Assembly (NCBI GenBank): GCA_002633005.1
Contig: NMRA01000034.1
Span: 1,077,766 to 1,141,765 of the forward strand
Reading direction: 5' to 3'
Origin: Phoronis australis
Lineage: Eukaryota; Animalia; Phoronida
Length of the DNA stretch: 64,000 bases
The stretch's first letter is position 1, and every line of letters begins with the position of its first letter. The translations under genes were made by a program, and so were the position numbers. The notes under the pieces are model-generated. The model made no database searches, was not told the DNA's origin, and was given only the letters and a program-made list of their open reading frames with translations. Below are positions 41,501 to 51,754 of the stretch, in pieces.

Positions 41501-44500
41501 TGTGGCTGTTGTGACAGTCACGACAGACACCTCACTCAATTTTCGTTGAAAAGCCAAATTCAAGATGTCTGGATTCTTTGCCTGGTTTCCAGGTACATTT
41601 TGACTCCTATTACCCAAATCTGCTACACTGGCGCAGTCGTTCCAGCAAGGCTGGTAAGAATCACAAAATGCTCCAATCTTTACAAATGTTGCATCATAAA
41701 TTGCGGTAAATGTTGTTAAATGTCAGCTTTCATACTCAGAATTTAAGGTCAGAATCAAAATAATACACCAATATGTTGGAATTCATTTGACATATGATAA
41801 TATATTGGAGCCAGGAGAGATGAACCAGTATTTCACTAAAGCAAGGGGGAATTCCTATACTTGAATAACTTCATACATTTTAATTATTCAACCTGTTGTA
41901 ACAGACTACAAATATATCAGGACCAGAAATAAACACACCACAGTGGATCAATTTTCTAAGAAAATAGTGCAACATGCAACACAGGAGCTCTTTCCAAACA
42001 AAGCAACCAATGAAACTCAAGAGGGTGCACAGGAAGTGTGATACCATGTTAGTGGTAAAGTCATCAGACTAGTGTGACCAATACCTCTGGTTCAGGAAGC
42101 ACCCATCGCGTGTCGCCACTTGCATTGTAATAGTAAGTAGTGCCCTTCTCGTCAGTGGAACAATACCACTACAAATAACATCAAAGAGAGGTGAAAACTT
42201 GAATGGCATTTCTTGACATTGGAATGAATAAACACTGAGTCATAAGGGGCAGATACATAATGAGACTGAAAAATAGGTCACAAAATACAGAATAGGGACA
42301 TAAAGTAAGACATCAACTTACCGAGGTAGTCTAGGAGATTACACCAAATTGGTTTTAACCCTTCCCCCTTCTCTATGCGAAATTACATTAGGACAAAAGT
42401 TGTAACTGGGAAATCACCAGTTACACTCTCTTTTAAACCAAACATAGTTAATGTGCTAATCTGTATGGCTCATACATGCTGGGGCATGAGCTTTAGATTT
42501 TGAATTTTGTTGGTTTGAACAAATAGGTTAGTGACAGTAATTAGGCCACCATCACATTGCTGGTCTCCAATTCGGAGTAGTTGCTAGGAGTGTAACATAA
42601 TCACTTGGAGTCTCTTTTGACTCTGTAGGCTATAGCTGGACTGTTAGAACTGCAAGTGACCATAAATACAAGACACTGCGGATTTCCACCATAATGGCTG
42701 ACAGTTATGTCTCACTTGTGTCGCTAACAATGCTCGGCAGATCTTCTTCATCTTCAGTGCACGATACTCCATGAGAAAAAGCCAAGCATGGCTCAAACAG
42801 CTCGTCGTTTCTTCATTTTTTAAATTTCCCTCTCTACCAATTCGCAGATACACCGAGGATAACCTTAGGAGTACACTCCGAGTCATTAGTGCATAAAGTT
42901 TTCATTATTTTGATTGCTTAAAGTGGCCCAACAAGCGCACTAAAACTGTCACAATTTCGCCTGATTTCGTCTTGAAATGTACATTACATTCAGAATCTAA
43001 TACAAATACAATGCAGCATGGTTGATCAAAACAATAATTTTAGCGATATGGAATCTAGCATATTGCAAAAATACAGATCCCAACTGTGGATTTACGCGAT
43101 TGGTTAAATTGAAATGCTCTTAACCAATCACAAACTGTGTAACGTAAGGAGATAGCAGATGAAGTCATGCATATCTGAATGCCTCCTAAAAAATCGAATC
43201 CCAAAAGGGCCGACATTTGACTAACATGACCCACAGATCGTAAAAGTCTGCCCATTGACTTGAGGCACTGAGGGTCAATTGACACAAAGTCATATTTTCC
43301 TAAAATGATCCCCGACACACATAGTACCACCAGATAAAGTGTGATTATATTTAAAACGCAAAATGCGCATAATGCGTTTCTCTTCAATAAAAGCACACTT
43401 TTGAAACATGCGTCAGAAGGGATAAACATCAGTGATGGCTTGGAGCTTTTCAAGTATGTACCACCATGTTGCGATGACAGTTGGGGCAGACAATGTAACT
43501 ATAACTAAATTCTACCAGACTACCATTTAAACTATTTACACAGTGTGATACTAGAAGGCCTACTAACAGTGTCTGTAGATAAAAACGGAATACAAAAAGT
43601 TTTATGATCAGAAGAATTTCATGTCGTCTTCAACAAAATCGAATTCCCTTATTGAGACAGATTCATATACAAGCTACTGGTTAGTTATCTCTCTATCAAC
43701 ATGACTAAAGCCACACTTGGAAATCTGTACTTAGCAAAGGTTATTCTAGGGAATTCAACTGCACGCTTGGGAAATCCAGGTGTTAGACACTTATTGCACA
43801 GCTGGATGAATGGAAAGCAAGGAGTAATTCTACAAGTGTTGATTTCTGCCTACCTTTTCGTTGGTTGCTGTGCTAACGTAGACAAATTCACCAGACTGGT
43901 CCTGCTCTTGGGAGTAACCTCTTAACAAGGGTGGACGTTCCTGCTTGGGACTCTCCTGTAAATCAGTGTAAGAGAGTGACACAAAACAGCAGTCAATCAG
44001 CCATAAAACAACATCTTGCAAACAATTAATTATTTATATTGCTTAATTATTTATAGCTCTTTATCACACAGACCAACTGAGCAATGCAAAAGCGATCTTT
44101 GGCTTCTTTCATGTAAAATGCAAGAAGGCATTATCATGTATATCAATCCTTTGAAAAGAAAATAACAAAACTCCAGAATTTTATCCAGAACAGAATTCAA
44201 GAAGAACAACTGTCCTACATGTATATTTAGGGCACCAGAAACACAGTAATAGTCTGATGTAACATGCTTGCATTTTGAGAACCAGTTTTATCTACTGAAT
44301 ACCTGGCATCAACTGGTTCTCAAAATGCAGGCGCATAATATCAGACTATTGCCAGAAACTGAACTTAGCTATTTTGACCAGACAAACTATGTGATATTTT
44401 GAGACAAACTGTACAACTGTTTGTAAATCATTACTGATTTTTGTGGTAGAAAAGCAAATCAGCAGGTATTATATTTGTCTAACCTGCAACAGTACTTTTA

Positions 44501-47500
44501 AAGGAATTGACAGAATTTGCCGATATTCAGGAGATTTCATCTAAATGCAAATCTCCACATGAGTCGTGGTGTGGCGTGATCGCTAATTGAAGCAACAGGT
44601 ACTTTGGTGGCATGTTACCTGGTTTAGAATTTGCATTTTAGATTGCGAGTTTTACTTCAGCGTTATGCTGGCTTACACAGAGCATCTTTCGCCCAAAAGA
44701 TTTTGTAATCTATGTATTCAGTTGAAGCAAGTTGTGGCTCACTTTTACTTCTGATCTTTTATTTTTGTTTGATGGTTTTTCAGTTGTACTCACACCAAAA
44801 ACCATGTTGCATTGACTACAGTGGGTCAGTGCCTTCAACTCTAGTTATTTAAAGTGACTAATCTTGTTCTGTCATATTGTTTGTAAACGCGTCACCAAAT
44901 TATGTGCAATATGTCATTGTATGTATACCGGCCAAAACTGTCTCATAAAATGCACAATGAAAAGGACAGCAGTGTCGCTAATAGAGCTGGAAGATATGTA
45001 CATGGAAAACCTCAAATTTGTCTGGCTTTGTCAAAATCATGGAAACAAAGCAGAAACCAGAAGGAAATAACAAATAATAAACCAAACTGAAAATTATTCA
45101 GAAAATTTTGAGTCAAAATTTCGGCGATTTCTGCTGACATTTCATCAGCTACTGTATGTTGTCAGTACAACCAAACTAATTCGATATGCAAATCCATGGA
45201 TCCATACTACGCATTAAGACGATTCAAAACTAATTTAAGAGAAAATCGGTCACATGTTTGAACTTTACAAGGTAAACAAATTTACTGATATACCATTACA
45301 AGGCTAGTTTCATACCAAATGATCTTGGAAGGTTTCATCTGAGGGGTTGTCCGGCTCTGGAAGAGTCCACGATGTTTGGCGAGTGACCACATTGTAATAG
45401 TAAACCTGACCTGTGTTCTGGTCCAAATGCTTCTCCCAGTTTTCTGCTGAGTCCAGCCTGGACCGTTCCAAGTTATCAGGGGGGTGGAGGCCCATGAATG
45501 CCTTGATATCCTGCACGCTGGTGTCCTCTGGTGGCTCATACTGCAACATCATTAGTAGTGAATACAGCGGAAAGACATAATGACAGCAAAGCCAAATGGC
45601 AAACGAGCCAATCTGAGCACAGATGCCACTTTGCAGATCAAATAACTATTGACTGTGAATGGCAGAAACATGTACATCTGAAAGAAGTGTATTTTGGATG
45701 TTGTCAAAGTCGTGAAGCACCAGAAACACAGGGTGACTTAAAGCTCCATGCAGTACCACTAAAAATGCCATGAACCCAGAAAGTAAAATCGTGTTTACAC
45801 TCATCAGCCAGTTGTTCAAATGCCCAATTAGCTCTAAAGAGAGCTTTTTGCCAGTATTCGGAATTCCGCACTTAATTAAGTTACACTACTGCACTGATCC
45901 AACCATTTATAAATTCAAGACATGCTATTTATTATCTAGACAAGATAAAGAGATAGTTGCAATCACTCTGATCAGTGTTTGAATACAAGGCAAACAAAAA
46001 TTGGTTTCAGAACAAAAAAATTAAGCTACCGAGGCAAATTTATTGATTTCAGACATCAGGAATAACGACTTGACTACACCTGCCACGCCACCTAAAGCCA
46101 ATGTATGTTTTGCACAGCACTTCCAAATGACAGGAGTCATACTCAAGATTGTGTGACAAAGCAATAAATCACCATATCATCAACAGCACTGCACCAACAA
46201 TCATAGTTAGACATCGCCTTTTCTTTAACGAAAGTAGATTTTCAGGGGAGTACTTGGTCATGGAGACTTTTGCTTGTCAATCCATAGGTTACCAGTTTCC
46301 GGTAATATCAAAATTTTGTACTTGAATTGGATTCACTGTGGATCGAATAAAAATAGGTTCTGAGTGAAATTTCAATGATTAAATGTGAATTGTGAAGTGT
46401 TCACCAAGTTGGTGAAAGGAAGTCTTCAAATCCTCTGCTATACATAGCCAGATTCACACAGTATTTGCCATTGGCATCATGCAGCTGGATGCAGATAGGC
46501 ATAAGGACAGGGATAATTTTAGGACTGGTCTTTACAGCATTAGTGCATAAAAATTCTCATTGATGCACTGTAATTGGTTAACCCAAGCCAAGGGGTGCAT
46601 AAAAATTGAGTCGCAACCATCACGTTTTCAACAATACCCAATGCATTCATAAGGACCATACAGAGTTTGTGATCAAAACTAATGTGCACTGACTAAAACA
46701 ACACAAGCCATAGGATTGAGCATATTGTGCATGATATACAAATCCCAACAGCGGTTTTATGTGTTTGGTTTGCAGTTGGCTGTTTAGACCAAATCTCTAG
46801 TAACCGTGTATCAGAGGTAGGAGACAAAATCACAAGTCACTAAAATGCCTCCTCCCCAAATTGAAAAGAAAAAATTGAAAATACTAGCAAGAACTGGCCT
46901 ATAGTTCTGAGGCCCTGTAGGTCATCTGACCCATAGTCATGTTTTTCGAAATGAACATTGCAAGGGCTATCAAATATTCCCATACTAAACCACAATGCCT
47001 TTTTGACTCGAGGACTTCTGAGACAGTTCTAGCACTGTAAGTTTTACATCAACTGTCAGCATTTACCTGACCAGGTTCTTGTTTAACCATTGGAACAGGT
47101 CGAAATGTTGCCATGTGTCCCGGGGAATGTAGTTGTCCTTGAGAAGAAGAGGATATTTTAGGACCTACATGGTTCACCATATCTTCACTGGGAGATCCAG
47201 CACTAAAGTAGTCAGGTGATGGATCACTATGGGTCATGTGATCTACGGATTCCGTTTCTTTGCGTAGATCAGTATCAGGAGAATCGTCGTAGTCAGGTTT
47301 TGGAGTTGACAGGTTAGTGCTGCCATTGTGTTGGTTGAATGTTGGTGGAAGCGGCGCAGGATATTTCTTCTTGCTGGTACGTACCGGCGTCGGCGACCCC
47401 AGGTTTATATGGGTCACATTGTCTGGTGTAACCGTGATCACAGTTTTCTCAACTTCCACATAAGATGCTGGTACATACAGCAGCTCCTCTGAGTCTAGGC

Positions 47501-47642
47501 TCTGAACATGCCACCAATCGTCATTGGATTTCTCCTCCAGAATGTATTTCTCACCAGGACGTATACATATTGTGCGTCCGTCATTGTCGACATACGTGAA
47601 GTCGTACAAGACCGTGACATACACCGGCGAATCTTCAGCCAT
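23412..47642 (-). CDS. ARHGAP12: Rho GTPase-activating protein, ARHGAP12/15/27/9 family (SH3-WW-WW-PH-RhoGAP), 17 coding exons, about 822 aa
   Basis: Phase-consistent join on the minus strand: 47642-47067, 45540-45316, 43955-43854, 42168-42085, 40135-39935 (or copy 37993-37793), 34376-34329, 33512-33465, 32943-32882, 32262-32184 (or copy 31485-31407), 30699-30595, 29751-29656, 29218-29113, 28030-27785, 25954-25877, 25130-24993, 24121-24016, 23580-23412; total 2469 nt. Motifs: SH3 VLYDF..SNDDWW..YVPASYV; WW; TNEKW as in ARHGAP12; PH LNRAK..KKNW..KSSKKH..LLQSD; GAP GLYRVSG, ALKLFFREL, NRMGLSNLAIVFGPTL. Probably co-orthologous to all four vertebrate paralogues. Confidence 0.9.
24016..24121 (-). 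CDS. ARHGAP12: ARHGAP12-like RhoGAP exon
   Basis: tttccag|QPDRSSKLQLIKGLVQVLPRPSHDTLKELCRHLL|gtaagt. Confidence 0.92.
24180..24405 (-). mobile_element. tRNA-derived SINE in a RhoGAP intron
   Basis: On the minus strand: A-box-like TGGCTCCAGTG, B-box GGTTCAATTCC, then GTGTCC..AACAAGGCACT..CATTGCTCCAG typical of SINE2 core regions. Confidence 0.65.
24993..25130 (-). CDS. ARHGAP12: ARHGAP12-like RhoGAP exon
   Basis: attcag|DTYDLERSEFSADVHVLTGALKLFFRELKEPLFPFTFLDNFIGAI|gtatgt. Confidence 0.93.
25740..25860 (+). mobile_element. LINE 3'-tail remnant (CR1/L2-type), partly duplicated
   Basis: Two copies of GGCAGGACC.CC.GG.AGAACAG followed by CTAAATGAGGTC..TATAAA. Confidence 0.4.
25877..25954 (-). 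CDS. ARHGAP12: ARHGAP12-like RhoGAP exon carrying the catalytic arginine finger
   Basis: attcag|(G)LDIDGLYRVSGNLAQVQKLRFLVDQ|gtaagt. Confidence 0.93.
27148..27587. mobile_element. hAT-like MITE in a RhoGAP intron
   Basis: Perfect TIRs CAGGGCTTGGAAT / ATTCCAAGCCCTG with a 6-bp direct repeat ATGATG on both sides. Confidence 0.8.
27785..28030 (-). CDS. ARHGAP12: ARHGAP12-like exon, start of RhoGAP domain
   Basis: cttcag|..KKSRIRARLRDMIRRRPTMESLEKRGILQEERVFGAHL..VPRFVQKCIAVIENK(G)|gtgggt. Confidence 0.93.
28756..28963. repeat. Minisatellite, about 41-bp unit x about 5
   Basis: Unit CAGAAACCTCAAGTCTCATGGTATAAACAGAACTACCCATTGTA repeated in tandem. Confidence 0.9.
29113..29218 (-). CDS. ARHGAP12: ARHGAP12-like linker exon (alternative donors may extend it to 29089 or 29047)
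   Basis: tttcag|NSDVPDSVEEGHPVIEAPDEPQTAVQRSSRGRHSK|gtatgt; phase 0-1. Confidence 0.8.
29656..29751 (-). CDS. ARHGAP12: ARHGAP12-like exon, end of PH domain
   Basis: tttcag|VSTPGNQYLLQSDDALKIHEWYLNLSAAVAQF|gtgagt. Confidence 0.9.
30595..30699 (-). CDS. ARHGAP12: ARHGAP12-like PH exon with GC donor
   Basis: ttgacag|SPKSPLGKAETMIDLQNGKVEWGDKEKSSKKHFIQ|gcaaga; 105 nt. Confidence 0.85.
31407..31485 (-). CDS. ARHGAP12: ARHGAP12-like PH exon (copy A, haplotype duplicate)
   Basis: Same exon reading KNWCDAFCVF (A instead of T); lies in the duplicated block joined by the N at 31753. Confidence 0.7.
32184..32262 (-). CDS. ARHGAP12: ARHGAP12-like PH exon (copy B)
   Basis: atttcag|(K)KNWCDTFCVFNGSQLLFYKDRKASVG|gtaatg; 79 nt, phase 2-0. 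Confidence 0.85.
32882..32943 (-). CDS. ARHGAP12: ARHGAP12-like exon, start of PH domain
   Basis: gtttcag|IRSLRDNLNRAKVLENGRKV(K)|gtgagt; phase 0-2. Confidence 0.88.
33465..33512 (-). CDS. ARHGAP12: ARHGAP12-like 48-nt exon (candidate cassette exon)
   Basis: gatttag|LGLVSHAAVMALPENE|gtgagt; open frame, phase 0-0, strong donor but weak acceptor. Confidence 0.55.
34329..34376 (-). CDS. ARHGAP12: ARHGAP12-like 48-nt exon
   Basis: atttcag|ESLKRESKRASSPPMQ|gtacgt; phase 0-0. Confidence 0.75.
37793..37993 (-). CDS. ARHGAP12: ARHGAP12-like linker exon (copy A of a haplotype duplication)
   Basis: Identical to 39935-40135; lies in the duplicated block joined by the single N at 38418. Confidence 0.7.
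39935..40135 (-). CDS. ARHGAP12: ARHGAP12-like linker exon (copy B of a haplotype duplication)
   Basis: tttcacag|SHERRYSHESFFG...RASTLPSNFEQPSPECLPLENT|gtaatg; 201 nt, phase 0-0. Confidence 0.8.
42085..42168 (-). CDS. ARHGAP12: ARHGAP12-like exon, WW domain 2
   Basis: tttgtag|WYCSTDEKGTTYYYNASGDTRWVLPEPE|gtattg; 84 nt; not in the ORF track. Confidence 0.88.
43854..43955 (-). CDS. ARHGAP12: ARHGAP12-like exon
   Basis: tttacag|ESPKQERPPLLRGYSQEQDQSGEFVYVSTATNEK|gtaggc; 102 nt. Confidence 0.88.
44248..44350. repeat. About 100-nt inverted repeat (40-bp arms) in a RhoGAP intron
   Basis: AATAGTCTGATG..TGCATTTTGAGAACCAGTT ... AACTGGTTCTCAAAATGCA..ATCAGACTATT. Confidence 0.8.
45316..45540 (-). CDS. 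ARHGAP12: ARHGAP12-like exon, WW domain 1
   Basis: ttgcag|YEPPED...ENWEKHLDQNTGQVYYYNVVTRQTSWTLP...HL|gtatga; 225 nt, phase 0-0. Confidence 0.92.
47067..47642 (-). CDS. ARHGAP12: ARHGAP12-like coding exon 1 (start codon, SH3 domain, Pro/Ser-rich linker)
   Basis: MAEDSPVYVTVLYDFTY...SNDDWWHV...LYVPASYVEV. An in-frame TGA upstream fixes the ATG at 47642. Acceptor ttttgtag at 47694/47693; donor CAG|gtaaat. Confidence 0.92.
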
Positions 47643-50028
47643 AATCAATGACGAGAGTAGTCTATCTCACATTCTTCTCAAAAGATGTACAGGCTACAAA
47701 AGGTAATATTTTACAGTTTAACATAACCCATAGAAAGCATTATCACTGGATATACTGTTTCAAGAATAACATACAATGCTGTAAGAGCCACAGCACATCT
47801 TTGAATAATCAGACTATGTGTAAAATGAGAATGTGACCCTAAAATGGAGAATCCAAATTATACCAACTAGTACAAATTTATCTATAATTCTGTGGCATCC
47901 ACAGGCAACGTAGGCAACACATGGCCCCCCGGCTGGCTATACAGAGCTACAACACTCCCCAGTGGTCTCTGTGTTACTATCGCCGTGTGCATTTTAAATG
48001 GGTGGTAGCCAAACTCCACTCATCGAATAAGACGGTTTCACCTCGTCAAAATACACTTTGTACTTAAAACTGCGACCTGAAATTAGAAATGTGAGCTGAA
48101 ATTTTGGCCAGCTTGCACCAAGTCGCAATTGACCAATCGCCAGGACTTTGAGTGACGGCTTAACTGACCATTTAGAACTCATCATTCTTGACACACCTTC
48201 GTTTCCAAGCCGTCATTTTACCCTACAAACAACCCGTTGCCGAGTAAAACTTATTGTTTTTAGTCGACATTACGCAAGGGGCGGAGCTTGCGATAGGTCA
48301 ATATGCGACCAGGCGTTTCTATGGTAAGTCGAGTTTTTACTATTCTCGGGAGATACCTGGCAAATATCAAGCAACTCGTGTGAATCTCACCGTTATTTGG
48401 TTGTTGCCAAATCAAGTTCAAAAGAACAATAGCAAAGAACAGCCCTCCTGATGACTTGTAAACATTTCACGTGAACATGGGATAATGCAGAATCGACCTT
48501 TGACACATTTCATTGGCCTGGGAATATTCTCAGATTTTTTGCAAATTTCCGGATGCGCCAAAGAAAGTTTCCGGCCACAGGATAACGTGATAAAACATCA
48601 CAAAGCAGGGGTGTTTCAACTAATTCTTAAACGATCAACTTAAAAAACTTAGTGATGGAAAACATATATATTTTTCATGTAAGATGTCCTTATTATCAAT
48701 GGGATTGTTTGTTCATAAACAAACAGGCGTGATTTCGTGTAATTGACTACATCGTCTGCAGAATTATGCATGTTTCAAGTGTTATTCCCTGTATCAGCTG
48801 CGTACACCTGTGGCATACATGGCGTTGTAATCGCCTATAGGTGGTGAAATTGCCTAAATTCTTGCCGCAACAGTGCTCAACTTAAATACTAAGCAGTATC
48901 AGCTTAAGAACTAAGTGATATCTCACTCAGTCTCAACCTGCCTGAGAACACTGAGCAGCTGCAATACTCTTTAGCAACAGGTGTCAGAACATACAACATA
49001 GCAAAACGCGCCTTCCATTAGAATATTAATTCAATCCTGTTGCCATCCACTACAACGCTTCTCACTACAAAAACTACCGTCCATGTATAAGTGAAACTAA
49101 AATGTTTGGCCTCACATCATTGACAACTGAACATGTCCAGGAGTCAGGGCTTAGAATCTACCACGGTAGATTACTGTAAGACGTAAAACGTCTAAAACCA
49201 TGAACTCCTGACAAGACAAGACAAGAGCAAAGTAAAAAGGAAACTTTTTCTCTGTTGAGCAGTAAAGTGGTTGTCACGACAATAAGAAATGTGAGCTATT
49301 GTACAAACCTATGCAACATCTACCTTCAATTTGTAAGATGAGCCGTAAATGATCCATTCACTGCAGCAGTCCTTTCGTAGACTTTCCAAGACTGCGCCCA
49401 CTATTCACACATATGCTTGTCTACAACAGATAGTACGGGACTGCCCATTGGTTTATACCACCCAACTTGCCCATTGTTTTCGATTTTCAACAAATCCGGA
49501 AGCAGTAGATCTAACATTCAAAAACAAAAGTGTTGAAGCAATTTTGAACACCTGTAACCAAGCGGCATCATTTTTCCACTTAATATTAATTGACAAGATT
49601 GGTTTGTGACGTGTTTGCGTTAAAATGCTGAAACACAAGGTGAGAATATAATGAAACAAATATTCAGAAAACGCCATCTATCGGAGACCATGAAACAACA
49701 GCAGCCAGTGAAATAGTTGCACTCGGCACCTGTTAACTTTTCATTCAGACCACTTATCGTTACAGTACTAGCCTCATTTCGTTCCTTACAATTACAACTG
49801 ATTTTAATGCTTGCAAAAAACCGATACTTCAGACCAGAGAGTCACAAGCCTGGTTATGACTCGAATTCCAGAAAAGTGTTTCCTTGTACACTACAGTTTC
49901 TATTAGCAAACGATTCGTTTAATCGGAACATAGTTTGTGGCGGCTCTAACTTTCACTTTATCCATATCAGTGGAATGCTTCACCTCAAAATGGATATTAT
50001 GGTGAGGTAGTAGCCTTTGGGCTCATCA

Positions 50029-50340
50029 TCCGGGGCGGGGTCACTCATATTGACAAGGTGTCGCAGGCGTGAACCAAAAATTGCAGGAAGGTGGTGTTTT
50101 TCATTCAGTAAGTTTGTGTCACCCGAGTGGGGTCCAATAGGCCCCTAAATTTCCAGTTCATCCCCACAAAAGGCCCACAGCATTGGCCTTAGCCCAGCAA
50201 AAAGCGCACTGGCCGACTTCCTATCCCCGCAAAAGGGGGTGGTAATAAGCAATCCTGGCACCTGAAATGAAGGGGTCTCTCCGCAGCAATTTTTGGTACA
50301 CTCCGCCAGTGGGGGCACCTTCACGAGTGACCCCCCTAGG
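50029..50340. mobile_element. MITE with CCGGGG..GGTCACTC / GAGTGACCCCCC termini (partly duplicated at 50379-50694)
   Basis: Inverted GGGGTCACTC motif at both ends. Confidence 0.5.
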
Positions 50341-50694
50341 AGGCTTATTGATTCAAGACACCACTTAGCATGGCCCCNTGTCGCAGGCGTGAACCAAAAA
50401 TTGCAGGAAGGTGGTGTTTTTTCAGTAAGTTTGTGTCACCCGAGTGGGGTCCAATAGGCCCCTAAATTTCCAGTTCATCCCCACAAAAGGCCCACAGCAT
50501 TGGCCTTAGCCCAGCAAAAAGCGCACTGGCCGACTTCCTATCCCCGCAAAAGGGGGTGGTAATAAGCAATCCTGGCACCTGAAATGAAGGGGTCTCTCCG
50601 CAGCAATTTTTGGTACACTCCGCCAGTGGGGGCACCTTCACGAGTGACCCCCCTAGGAGGCTTATTGATTCAAGACACCACTTAGCATGGCCCC
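50059..50694. repeat. About 318-bp tandem duplication across a single N (50378)
   Basis: 50059-50377 versus 50379-50694. Confidence 0.9.
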
Positions 50695-51754
50695 CTGCTC
50701 ATTGCAAAAATGGGTAATAGTCACTTTCAGGTGTACCGGATTTCGAGAACCAGGGAGAAAACAGGTTCTCGGCAACACCCAGCCGTAAGTGACTATATTA
50801 CCCATAAATGACCTCTCCTGCTCGACAGTATTTCAAATTCACATTTGGCTCATTGAAAATTTCTGGCTATACATACCCGTGGTCACCATCAATGGATTTG
50901 GCAGCCACTTCCTGATCAGCACATAATTCTTTGCTACCTGACCACCACTTTATCATACACAGACAGCATGCCCATCAACAAATTTACACTACTAGTAGCC
51001 AACTTTTTATCAAACATTTTGACCCACACCCACAAAAACGTTTCCTGCATGTACATGAATCTCATCAGAATTTCAAGAAAAATTTGGAGCACCGTACTTA
51101 CAGCGTATTAGCAATTAAGTCTTCTACTTGCCTTTACAATTTATGTTGAACATACTGACTGACAAGACTATCCAGTCAACTTGTTCTTGAGAACAGTTGA
51201 ACCATGTCACAGTGAACCCTTCCTGATGTTTCTAACATGTCCTTGTAACCAAACAAAATACTTTTCATGCAACAGCTTGCAAGTCACTAGCTGGGGAATG
51301 GAACAATAAAAGGGCAAAATTTATCAACGGTTTTACAGACGACAATTGTAGCTCAGACGGTCCTAGGAATATCATTGTGAACGCGATGGTGCATAGCGAT
51401 ACAATTGCTGAAAGCTTAATTTTCCAGGTTCTAACTTAACAACCAATCAACCACCCCCACTAGCCCTGACAACGAAGTGAGAATGAGCAAAATGCAACGT
51501 AAGCTAAAACTATCTTAACCAAGACCGGACTTACAACCTTTGATAAAACAGGCCCCAGATTCACAGATAAAACGTAGTTTGACTGTAACATACTGGTGAC
51601 AGAAAGTGCTGTGGCACATGAATGAGACAACACTCTTTGAATTAATCTGTATTGTCATTCATAACATGTTCAACAGTAAAGAAGAGCCTTGTACATCAAT
51701 GACAACTTTCAAACAAAATCTCTAGCTGTTCTGCGAGCACAACTACAGCAAATG

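Noticed and set aside
41330-41650. Possible extra RhoGAP exon after the acceptor cttaccag (PCWNDCASV...)
   Set aside because: The frame hits a stop, there is no strong in-phase donor, and there is no family similarity.
42322-42375. Strong donor CG|GTAAGT with a 50-nt candidate exon
   Set aside because: It is frameshifting, contains a stop, and would split the conserved TNEK|W junction; unsupported without RNA data.
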